From: Amoebidium appalachense
Taxonomy: Eukaryota; Protista; Ichthyosporea
DNA length: 64,000 nucleotides
NCBI GenBank assembly: GCA_963693365.1
Contig: CAVNZM010000014.1
Span: 4,402,001 to 4,466,000 of the forward strand
Reading direction: 5' to 3'
The notes under the pieces were generated by a model. It was not told where the DNA came from, searched no databases, and saw nothing but the letters and a program-made list of their open reading frames with translations. A program made the position numbers and the translations under genes. This document shows positions 45,801 to 64,000 of the stretch, in pieces (the stretch's first letter is position 1; every line of letters begins with the position of its first letter).

Positions 45801-46008
45801 CCAGTTTAACCGGTCATGTATCGCCAAATGTAGTTTGATAGACCACATAATACCGCAACACACACACGTCACATTCACAACAGACACCCAGAAAGATAGC
45901 CTACCTGTAAATTACAACATCCTTGATTTTATACTAAACACGCGTAACTACGACCTGTTTATTAGATGTATTGATTGGCTTGAGAAACACATCACTACAA
46001 AATTATAG
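42814..46008 (+). CDS. LINE ORF2 (1064 aa): APE-like endonuclease + reverse transcriptase
   Basis: Endonuclease motifs FFWNARTL, ICETQ, ILGDFN, SDHSPI. RT motifs KSCGPDG, FRPITL, QSAFRK, FIDWKTAYDSV, GLLQGSLLSPFLFNLFIDDL, LLYADDL, YKYLG. Confidence 0.97.
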   Translation: MPNLSFFFWNARTLGPQKGLPPGTLDDKISYIQQQTNNHTFTVICETQFKNHHKFNSTLVDTSTHPGYAKNRGIIVLAAPHVRVKCKPVAKTEFSVSIEFLSNVFTFVYYPPSMSVVELTHELSQLPMSTVILGDFNTRLHHTDTLQVSVGYPSKPPERAIPLARYVQSHTLRFPQISHAHNTDWGVAFWPSTMSKLSLPPNLSRSSDHSPILFLPKISLDLLPPPPPTFRLRLSQLKSQWGRVDVCVCYATKHPIYMRLLESAQARPDSHLVLDTCTNFIVDDLIDLGDYAGGGRKEYPDALLLPNTTPARLGEPLSQKESLRRLASMNRFGPPARIIGDTTGDPLIDSDKYFSELFKDRTPAQKPIVWPVDPSIPIESILPFFSPDAIWSVISSYSSSKSCGPDGLPAGFLKILVPSYPQKESDRAIKPDLTIMLSSLFSWCVKCGHVPSSWLDTLVIPIVKKDSEGPISSFRPITLTQVVRRFFEACLLRLFAHHPRFQSILHIHPCQSAFRKNNSCYVQIMALHDSMQVGAQYVGFIDWKTAYDSVSPGLLWEKLAARGVPHCIGVLLEALLSQTYGRAVVNGHLSYGFARTRGLLQGSLLSPFLFNLFIDDLAVKIYAENDDPINNFPPALLYADDLSLLARTPRRLQRLFDVVSEWCKANLMILNIDKCGVLVPDIANNLHTFTLSSKPVPIVPEYKYLGVPVDSVGVMFPHMVEKRVELARKRLAFFSANIFKDTPLHPSIRLTFIRTFVFPACEYGLPLLAAWIKKERTRALKPLANFLEAEVASFLSNNCCKPGPVTLSIYGLVPIAARVSYLALKFNKHISRLKKYLPSHPLFSIRPVPSSPLPSFLPSLSPSPLGTNTNKPRNSVCVTLDCHLLIKHVHNHKIITQYNKWKKIPNDTRPDESIHLEKLSLMSRFIYTDRLNHIAKYGTRKCITPKYILPSCRTGLSLADGIIDQLPRFYCTRAIQWRSNKYKVASFACPNNTHTHQFNRSCIAKCSLIDHIIPQHTHVTFTTDTQKDSLPVNYNILDFILNTRNYDLFIRCIDWLEKHITTKL

Positions 46009-46012
46009 CGCA

Positions 46013-46081
<69 letters not shown>

Positions 46082-46113
46082 CCAGCTGATACCGAGTGTC
46101 CCGAGGGGAGCCC

Positions 46114-46165
<52 letters not shown>

Positions 46166-46166
<1 letters not shown>

Positions 46167-46365
46167 GGGGAACCCCAACTAATTGATTTCTCCTTGTAGT
46201 CTTTATGGTGTCTCGTAGAGAAAGTAAACCCTGATATATAGTCACCACCCGACATCTATGTACGTGATCATGATATACCGCTGAGGGGATATTCCGAGCA
46301 AAACCCCCCCCCCCATACCTGAGACTGGTTCTCTTTGCCTCGAGTAAACAGCGTAAACCCCCAAA
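46166..46365. repeat. Diverged dispersed repeat, copy 2, immediately after the LINE A-tract
   Basis: Same ordered blocks as 19399-19620 (CCGAGCAAAACC at 46294, TGCCTCGAGTAAACAG at 46336). Confidence 0.65.
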
Positions 46366-46619
46366 ACAACTTGACCTTTTCCAAAGATGTTGATGCAAGC
46401 TGACGCTTAAAATAGCTGAGGGTGCTACTTACATATTACGAGTGGTTCCTGACTGTATATATAGAGAGTAGTTGTTACACGTCGAAGCTAGCGCTTGCAA
46501 AACACTTTTTTTTTTTTTTAAACCAATAGAGCTAGCGAACACCCTGGAGGTTTATTTGCTATAATAGACTAAAAGCTCGGAGAGCAAGACAGGACATTTT
46601 GACAATTTATCAATAATTA

Positions 46620-47187
46620 GGGCCTGTTTGGCAACCCGGGTTTAGGGTCCTAAATCCGGATTACGGGCGATTTTGGGTTTAGCGCTAAATCCAAATCTCA
46701 AAATCCAGCCGCTGCCAAACAGACGGCCAGATCCGGTCACGTAAATCTGGGTTTCAAACCCCTCGGACATGGCCGTAATCTGGATTCCACTAATCCACCT
46801 CGGGAGGTGGATTAGCGCGAAATCCTTTCAGGTCCTGAATGTCCGACCCAATGAATGTTCATTTTATGGAACTATATATGGTGTCCTTTTGCACCAATCG
46901 TCGATAGTTTGAAGTGGCCAAAAAAGGATTGTTGAAAGGGCGCCAATTTCTTTCTTTTTTTTGTTATGGTGTGGGCGGGGGGATAGTGCACGAAACATCT
47001 TTTACGTGTAGAAGTGAGTATGATGTAGTGATCACCGTTTGAAATATTGTTTTAGTGTTCGGCCTCGCCGCCTGGTGCAGCATTAGTAGGAATACAAAAG
47101 TACTCAGAATGACCTTTGCAACATCATGTGCAGAAAGGTGTGTGTGTGTGCAGTTTTTTTCTTTTCTTTTACCTACTATCTTTCTTT

Positions 47188-47232
<45 letters not shown>

Positions 47233-48229
47233 GGGACGGGGACGGGACGGACACATGTCACTGCACGATTCAGTGCTCATTTACTATTCACCAGGCACCC
47301 TGTGCCCTGCTCGTGTAGTCAACCCACATAGCTGCAGCAATTTGATCTCTTCTGGCATCTGCCTCTGCCTCGTCTTCTTGTTGGTTTTGGTTGCCCCTGC
47401 CTAACACAGAGTTAAAAAACATCAAGGCCTTTACATCAAGCATACAGTCTTATAAATCATCCCCCTACCCACCCCCTCCTTTCCCCTGGTTCCCCACACA
47501 CACCAACAACGCTGCCGCCGCTCAGAGGCACACTCCATCCCAACTCGAGCAATATCAGTCACACCACAAAAACCACATCAAAAAAACGTGCAGACGCACA
47601 CTCCAACCCATCTTGACCCGTTGCCCACCACAAAACCAGAGAACAAAATAAAAACAAAAATAACTGAAAAACTGGTAGAGGAAGAGAAACAAAACCAAAT
47701 GCAACCAAAGACTTACCACGTGTAGGCAAGTTGTGCTGCTCTTCGTCTGAGTAGTGGCCATGCTCCTCCGCGTTGTGCTTTTTTATAAAGTTCATAAGTA
47801 GAAAGCACACAAGAATGATCTTCGAGAGCATCTTAGGACAGTAGTTGGTGGCTTTCTGGAGTATCTGAAAGCGGGTTTTCAGCATACCATAGAACCGCTC
47901 AATGACCACCCGCGCCTTGGCATGCCTCAGGTTGAATAACTCCTTCGCATTCTGAGGACTAGAACACGACACATGAATAGACAACACCAGACACTTCAAC
48001 ATCAATATGACAGTGTGTGTGTGCGGGTGGCTGTTTGTGTGTGTGCATGTTCGTTTAGTGTGTGCACGCGGGCATGACCCGTGCGGGCACACGCGGACGC
48101 ATGTGTGTGTGCGTATTTGTACACGTGAGTCTGTGTAGGTGTTTGTGCATGCGCGCACGACCTTCAGGTTGGATGTGTAAACTATCTATCTCTCTTTTTC
48201 TCTCCCTATCCACTCTCTCTGTGCATGTG

Positions 48230-48299
<70 letters not shown>

Positions 48300-48407
48300 T
48301 GTGTGTGTGCAGATCAAAAGGAAACAGGAAAAGCACACTTTTTTACAGATGTAGGGAGGGGAGTGATGGGTCGAGGGGCCTTCTTTTTTTGGGGGAGGGG
48401 GGGGGGG

Positions 48408-48456
<49 letters not shown>

Positions 48457-49591
48457 CTAAATACGCCATTGCTCCCGTCCCGTACTCCTTCAGATGATAG
48501 CGGACTCCTCTGTAGGGTGCCAAAATTTCGTTTGTGTTCGGGTAGCCCTGGTCACCCAGGTAAACTTTCCCCGTCGGCACACGTAAATTTTGTGGAGGGG
48601 GCTGCTCGAGGGCACAGTTCAACACTGTGCTGTCTGCACCACATCCCTCCCCACCGGGCAAACAATATGTGGAATATGCTTCCCAGTCGCATGCACCCAA
48701 TACATTTTGTGCTGTGAAACCTTTCCTGCACCGATACCGATCAGCAGCCTCCGGTTTGACCTTGCACGGAACAAGAGTGCCATCAACTGCCCCGAGAACA
48801 ATACGGAAGTAAGGCCAAAACTCAGGGTTTTCACGCACCCAACTAGGCACCATATATGACTCATCGGGTTGAATCATGTATTCTTCCCCGAGAGCAGCAA
48901 GCGTGGCATCGATGCCTTCTCGAAAACGCCTGCAGCACACAATGATGTCTGATTATTTTCCACATTCCTACATATAAGCTTCATTGAAAACAACAGCAAA
49001 ACCTTGAGACAGTGCACGCGCACGTGCACCCTGGACAGTGGAACACAACCCATTCGGAGCATTGTTGTTTAACAAGCACAGACAAATGCTGCAAACACAC
49101 AGCCAATAACATAATTCAACAGGGCAGGAGTCATAGCACTACATACCGGCTCACGGTCTCGGTGCTGTGTTGGAAACGTTCGGCAACGTTCCTGACTGCA
49201 ACACCCTGCCCAAGGGTATACAGCATCATGCAGGTAACTTCCTGAGCGTCCATGTTATCACTCTCTTCAATGAATGGAGCCAACTTCTCAATTAACTCCC
49301 TTGCAACATATGGACTCACGCGTAGGACATCGTTCACCCTTGTCTCGTGAGCTGTGCCAAGCAGTTCTTGCACATACTCTCTACCACTGAGCGGTGATGA
49401 ACAGCGTGACAGCTGCAGAGCAAATCTAACCCGAAATCGTACGTGGGCTGTTTGGCATCCATGGGTTCTACCCGGCTTAACCCAGGTTTCGGCTGAGATC
49501 CGGATTCTGCAGCATAATCTGGATCTCGATTTTGATATCCAGATATCCCCCGAAATCCAGATTACACTAACCCGCGTTGCCAAACAGGCCC
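46620..49591 (-). mobile_element. PIF/Harbinger DNA transposon (2972 bp)
   Basis: Perfect 16-bp TIRs GGGCCTGTTTGGCAAC (46620) and GTTGCCAAACAGGCCC (ending 49591). TTA duplication at 46617-46619 and 49592-49594. Subterminal AATCC(A/G)G repeats. Contains a HARBI1-like transposase. Confidence 0.95.
47288..49415 (-). CDS. Harbinger/PIF DDE transposase (HARBI1-like); exons ~49415-49147, 48929-48465, 47958-47717, 47400-47288; 5' end apparently missing
   Basis: SGREYVQELL; VAERFQHSTETVSR (HTH); LGAVDGTLV, RCRKG..QNVLGACD, GGEGCGADS, YLGDQGY, PYRGVRYHLKEY; ELFNLRHAKARVVIERFYGMLKTRF; C-terminal RDQIAAAMWVDY. Exons splice in frame. No convincing in-frame ATG inside the element. Confidence 0.88.
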
Positions 49592-51174
49592 TTAGGTAAA
49601 TGAGCTCAATGGCTACGCGCCATATCGCTATCGCCCAGATTCGGTCGGCTATGATAGACTCGCTGCCAGGGCTCGCTATCGCTCGCCCTGGCGCTCGCCT
49701 CGGCGGGGCGAGCGAAGCGAGCCCCGAGGTGCTGACGTCATGAGATGATGCGTCTCCGCGCAAGCCACAGCCATCTGGTATCTTCGAGCGGCCTGGCCTC
49801 TTAGATCGCAATCTCGTGTACTGGGACTACAGTAAACCGCTCGAATTTGGGACGATTTGAATCCCGTCATAAATATGGGACACTTTTAATTGGCCCTCGG
49901 CGCATCACCCGGACTTGGGTCCATTATTACGTTTTTCCCGTCCTTTTTGAATGCCAGCGTGTCTGGTTGGCTGCCCAACCCGGCAGCCAAGTTTGAAAAT
50001 AAAGGGCCGTTTTCTACCAACCACCACAGCAGAGCAAAGCACATCCTCTTTCGAAAACATAGGAACTCCTCATCCTCACTAAGGATTTCCTCTCGCGTAG
50101 CCTCACATCTTTCATATGCTTTGTACTTTTACTGCCCATTTATCACACACCCTTGCCCCACAGACAGAATGGGGTTCCCAACATGAGTGCACAAGGGCAG
50201 AAAAGGCGCAAGCCCACAGCAGAGGAGATATGTAGAGGCAGCGTTTCTAGAACACAAAAATAAGACACATGAAGAGCGATGTGATTTAGCTGCAGAGCAC
50301 GTGAAGCATAATATTTATTCTTACAGGGAAGTACCCGTTTTATCAGTATCCATACCCCGGACAGATGTAGAGGTATGCTAACAGTACTGGCGTCACAGTG
50401 TCCGTTAAAAAATTTGAAATCTGCCGCCAAAAACACTGATTGGATATGGATCTTTTTTTTAACGCAAAACAGCTCAGTCCTTTCCCCCCACACCCCCTCT
50501 ATCTCCTAAGACCCAGCCTCCATCTCCGACCGAGGCTGGGAAACACACTATTGTGCAGCAGAAGAGTATCAAGCACCCTTTCCTTTGCGCTTAAGGGAGC
50601 ACACCGGCTTAGTGATCTACGCTCCTTTCACCTATACACTCACCAGAAACACACCGGAGAGCCCAGAAAACCTCGTTCGCACCCAGCAATAGCCGTGGCA
50701 GATCTTCCGGATCCGGACCAGATCCGCTTATACTCCGTAGTTACGGGAAGGAACCCACACCATTCGCTTCGTTTTATGCCGACAACATGGATGACAGGTA
50801 CATCTGCTACCACACAGGCCTCTTGATGGAGTCTTGTTTTTCTTAAATGTTCACATGGCGGGGGTTGGTGGGGAAGGGGGTTGCTTGAATCAAAGGTTTT
50901 TGTTTCTGATGCGCAACACGTACTATAGTGCTTTTCTGTTGCATAGGTGTAGCTGAATACAGAGATCCAGGACGACAGAGTTATCGCTGAAGACCCTTTT
51001 AGATCTACGTACACACTTGTGTCTGGGTCCTCCCCCCCCCCCCGCCTCCCCTTGCCCCCCGGCCAAAAAAAAAAAACAAAACCAAAGGAGAAAAAAAAAA
51101 AAAAAAGCGGCGACAGACAATTGCTTAGGAAGACACACAAACACACTCAAAAGCACATACACAAGCATGCGCAC

Positions 51175-51351
<177 letters not shown>

Positions 51352-52734
51352 CAACACACATACACACACACACACACACACAAACACGTGCGCGCGCACA
51401 CACACACGCAAACGCACACACACACACCTCCCACACACACAATACAAAGGCACACAGAAGCCCACATACAGAAACACAGACACACACACACACACTCAAA
51501 TAAATAAATTCCATGCACATAGGCACAGGCACAGGCACATACATGTGCACATCCGCCATGTGGTGCACACACGCACACACAGACAGGTGTACATACATGC
51601 ACATGCACGTGTACGTAGATTCAGCACATACACACACCACAGAGATGCATATAGTCGCATGTACACAGGAATCTAAACCAAGATACAAGACACAGCCGCA
51701 CTACACCTATATTGCGGCTTTCCGGCCAGGATATTTTTTTTTATCATTATTACCAGCCATCCAACACCCCACAAAATGAATTGACCCCCCCCCCCCCCCC
51801 CCCGACACACACACACGGATGAAGGGCACCTGCATACACGACTAACACTTGTGTTTGCAGTGATGTGGCAGCGCTCCTGTTTCCGGGGGAGGCCGGCCTC
51901 GGTATGTTGCCCCATATAATACTGTGGTTTGCATTGGCAGCAGGCACATGGATATCGCAAAAGCACCGTGCTTGGCTGTTTGTTCCTGGGTTGCGGTTGT
52001 TCTGTGCTTCTGGATTTAGTTCAACTGTGTGGTCCTAAGCAGATATGTCGGGTGGCGTGTGTGTGTGTTGGGGGGGGGAGAAGGGGAGAAGGGTGAGGTG
52101 GGTGTGGGTTGGATTGAAGCGGTTGTGGGGAGGGCCGAAGGGGGGAGGAGGTGGGGGGGGGGGGGGGGGGGGGGAGGGAGGGGGAGGCAGCAGGCGAAGG
52201 TGGTAACATGCGTGTGGCTTTTCGATGTATAGGCTGGGGGGAGTATAGTGCTGAGGGGCAGTTGTAAAGTTAAGTAGGCAGAGGAGCATCAAGACCGTCG
52301 AGCTCAGTACGGCCTAAGAAAGAATAACCATGTGCTGAAAGTACCCCGAGATAGAAACCTCTTCCTTTTGGGGGGGGAAGGGGGGGGGGGGGGGGGGGGG
52401 GGGGGGGGATCGAGGGATGGATGTGTACCAGATTATTCAGTACACATTCACGGCGGACAACACAGCACAGATTTTGCAAAACACACACACAGCAAAAATG
52501 CATGCATCAATGCATCAGAAGTAGAACCTATCCTGGTCCTGTGGCGAGGGGGCGGGGAGGGGGGAGAGATAGAGGGGGTATGGAGTTCAATTCTTATTAG
52601 GACGGAATAAACCTTGGAAGGAACCTACCCCCTGTGACCCAATCAAGGGTTGTTTTGTCCCAGGTGTACCAGGATATGAGTGAGGGACTGAGTGTGTGTG
52701 TGTGAGTGTGTCTGTGTGTGTGCTTTGCTTCCAG

Positions 52735-61673
<8,939 letters not shown>

Positions 61674-61729
61674 GGTTTTAATGAGACAGGTTTTTCTTTT
61701 TTCTTTTTCCTTTTTTTTTTTTTGGGCCC

Positions 61730-61776
<47 letters not shown>

Positions 61777-62699
61777 TGTGTAGGGTATATATGGCTATAG
61801 AATCACGTGGAAGGATGGTGTGTATCAATATCTATGAAGTCACGAATGGTTGGACCGGGTGCGTGCACGTTTCATGGGTGGTGGGGCATGGCTAATGCTA
61901 TCCACATTACTGCACTGCTCTCTCTCCTGAGCACGGTTATGGTGGTCACACTTGCGCAAGAGCAAGAACATGCACATCTGCATACACAAACGTACACACA
62001 CATGCATGGCGGCATAAACTTTCACTAAGGTAAACATACGTCTTCATACTCCAACACTGTACATAGATGCCACAAAATTAAAGCAAGCACTGTACATATA
62101 CATATCAGAGCACTGTGTGCATTGTGTGCATGCATGCCTGCTGGAACTCACACCAATAATAACGGCTACTTATAATCTATTCGCCATTAACACGTGCCCG
62201 CAGCCGATACCACGTGCACACTGTGCATGCATGGTGGGCGGCCCGGCCTTATACATCATACGGCACGATATGTACACGGCCAGTGCTCTATACATGATTG
62301 ATCCCCCCCCCCCCCCCCCCCCCCCCTCTATACAGGTGTCTGTGTGTGCGTGCACACGTACGTATATACGTCTCGGTCCAACGACCATGTGTGCATGTGT
62401 GTGCACGTATACACGTGGCAAACACGTGCACAGTGCCACCCTTCATGTGCTGTGGCCACACTAGTGTCAAACGGGGTGTGTGGCACTGTTTTGAGGTGTG
62501 CCGTGCTGCCCCCCATGCACAGGCCCAGGGCGCCTGCAGCCACCTGCCTGGGGGCCTGCCCCAGCCATGCCGCCTGCCTAGCACCCAGTCTGCCCCTGTA
62601 CGTGCACATATGAATCATCAGCAAACATGACTTAATCTTCTCCCCACGGCTTAGCTACCTCCCCCACCCCCCTCAAAAAAAAAAAACAAAAAAAACAAA

Positions 62700-62740
<41 letters not shown>

Positions 62741-62947
62741 ACACACACACACCCGCCCGCCCACCACCCTTACCCCCAACCCTCTTCTTCTTGCCTTGGC
62801 CGCCGCCTCCATACCTCGAAGAGCAAACAGAAAAGAAGAAAAACATACGAACAAACTGCATCGCTTGAATTGCAAAGCGATCATCCTAAACCTTACATTA
62901 TCGTGCCCTCAATAACCCCTACACTAGAGCCTCTCCACTGCACCCAC

Positions 62948-64000
62948 CTATGATGTCCTTGACACGTGGTAGTTCTTGCCAAAGTTGCTGTCCCAGAACT
63001 CCCTCCCTGCCGTCTGCAACCCACTACCTGTCAAATATCTCATATAGAGAGGAATACATCGCTGTTCATTGCCGTGCAAACATGTGAAGCATGCAGAATT
63101 GCACCTTAAGAGTCGCAAGGCGGGGAGGTGTGTGTGTATGGTTGTGTGTGTTTGGGTGGGTGGGTGTGGGGGGGAGGGGGGGAGGGGAGACTCAAGACAA
63201 ATTACGTGTTCAGATTTCCATAGTGGACTTGTGTGTGTGTGCATGTGTGTGTGTGTGTGTGTTTGTGCAAATATGTGTGTGTGTGTGTGTGTATTTTGTG
63301 CGTGTACGTGTGGGGTGTATGTGTGCGCGTGGGGGTATACGTGCGTGTGCACACATGCAAAGCACACGCGCGGGTGCAACACAAACATACACACACCCCC
63401 ATCAATAAGCATACTCATGCACACCCCTGTTCACATGCACCTGCACTACACTCAAGCCATTCACATGGCATACTCCCCTCCCCACCCCCCCCCCACCCCC
63501 CCCCCCTCCCCTCTCCCCTTCCCACCCGCACCCACACACACTGTGGCACAGCCATGCACACCCACACCCAGCCACCCACCTGGTATCTGACAGCCAGTTG
63601 CACTGCTGGTGCGTTGCCCACATCCAGTGTGAAGTACCACGTCTCATTGCCTGTGCACACACCTTTAGCACACCGCAACAGCATGCTTGGAATAGGGAGA
63701 TAGAAAGAAAAAACCTTCAGAAGGTGAACATGGAGAAAAAGGAGCAAAACGAACACCAGCAAACAGAGGGAAGGAAACAGTGGCTAGGGAAGGGAAGGAG
63801 ATTTTGGCAAAGGGAGGGAAGCAAACAGTGGCAATGAAGGGAAGGGCACTATAGCACACAGGTGTTAAACATCAGACAAAAGTCCCACCAGACCACCTTT
63901 ACTGTGTGCAGGGCATTGGATTTACCTCCGTTGATGGTGTTTGGGTTATTTGCGCTGCTGTACCAGGACATCCACTGATCCTTGGAGTACCGCGCTGCAG
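62948..64000 (-). CDS. 3' end of a CBM21 (starch/glycogen-binding) domain protein; exons ~63994-63926, 63650-63580, 63013-62948
   Basis: The spliced product RYSKDQW..GNETWYFTLDV..VQLAVRYQ|TAGREFWDSNFGKNYHVSRTS* matches the CBM21 signature (F/L)AVxYxxxGxE(Y/F)WDNNxGxNY. The gene continues beyond the window. Confidence 0.75.

Larger units (their letters stand above)
41415..46165 (+). mobile_element. Apparently full-length non-LTR retrotransposon (LINE, APE+RT type); 5' boundary uncertain (41415 or 41622)
   Basis: Two intact ORFs overlapping by 8 nt, upstream tandem repeats, a 3' (CA)n tract and an A48 tract at 46118-46165. Confidence 0.92.

Noticed and set aside
49416-49811. N-terminal half of ORF 49131-49811 as the transposase start
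   Set aside because: It reads through the subterminal repeats and TIR into flanking DNA, so it cannot be the element's native N-terminus.
49828-49855. TA|CAGTAAACCGCTCGAATTTGGGAC resembles a Tc1/pogo TIR start
   Set aside because: No matching inverted end was found in the window.

Overview
Intron-rich eukaryotic genomic DNA. Nearly every intron is packed with (CA/GT)n, (CACG)n, (GA/CT)n and poly-C/G tracts, so most of the supplied six-frame ORFs are spurious. Tyrosine kinase plus GRK2-like kinase plus vWA alpha-kinase suggests a unicellular holozoan (inference). Genes reconstructed by hand from GT-AG exons, left to right: 3' end of a tyrosine kinase (+); a complete GRK with no PH domain (-); an intronless protein with a degenerate Rho/Ras-like fold (-); a head-to-head pair of paralogous alpha-kinase genes (a vWA alpha-kinase lacking the zinc-site residues, and an apparent alpha-pseudokinase with four introns at the same positions and phases); COG8 (+); 3' end of a CBM21 protein (-). 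Mobile DNA: an intact two-ORF APE-RT LINE, a PIF/Harbinger element with TTA target duplication and an intron-containing transposase, and a hAT-type MITE nested in a piggyBac-like MITE inside a COG8 intron. The best candidate for an undescribed system is the divergent alpha-kinase/pseudokinase pair at about 23.8-39.0 kb. No searches were run: family calls rest on recognised motifs, and exon boundaries were read by eye.
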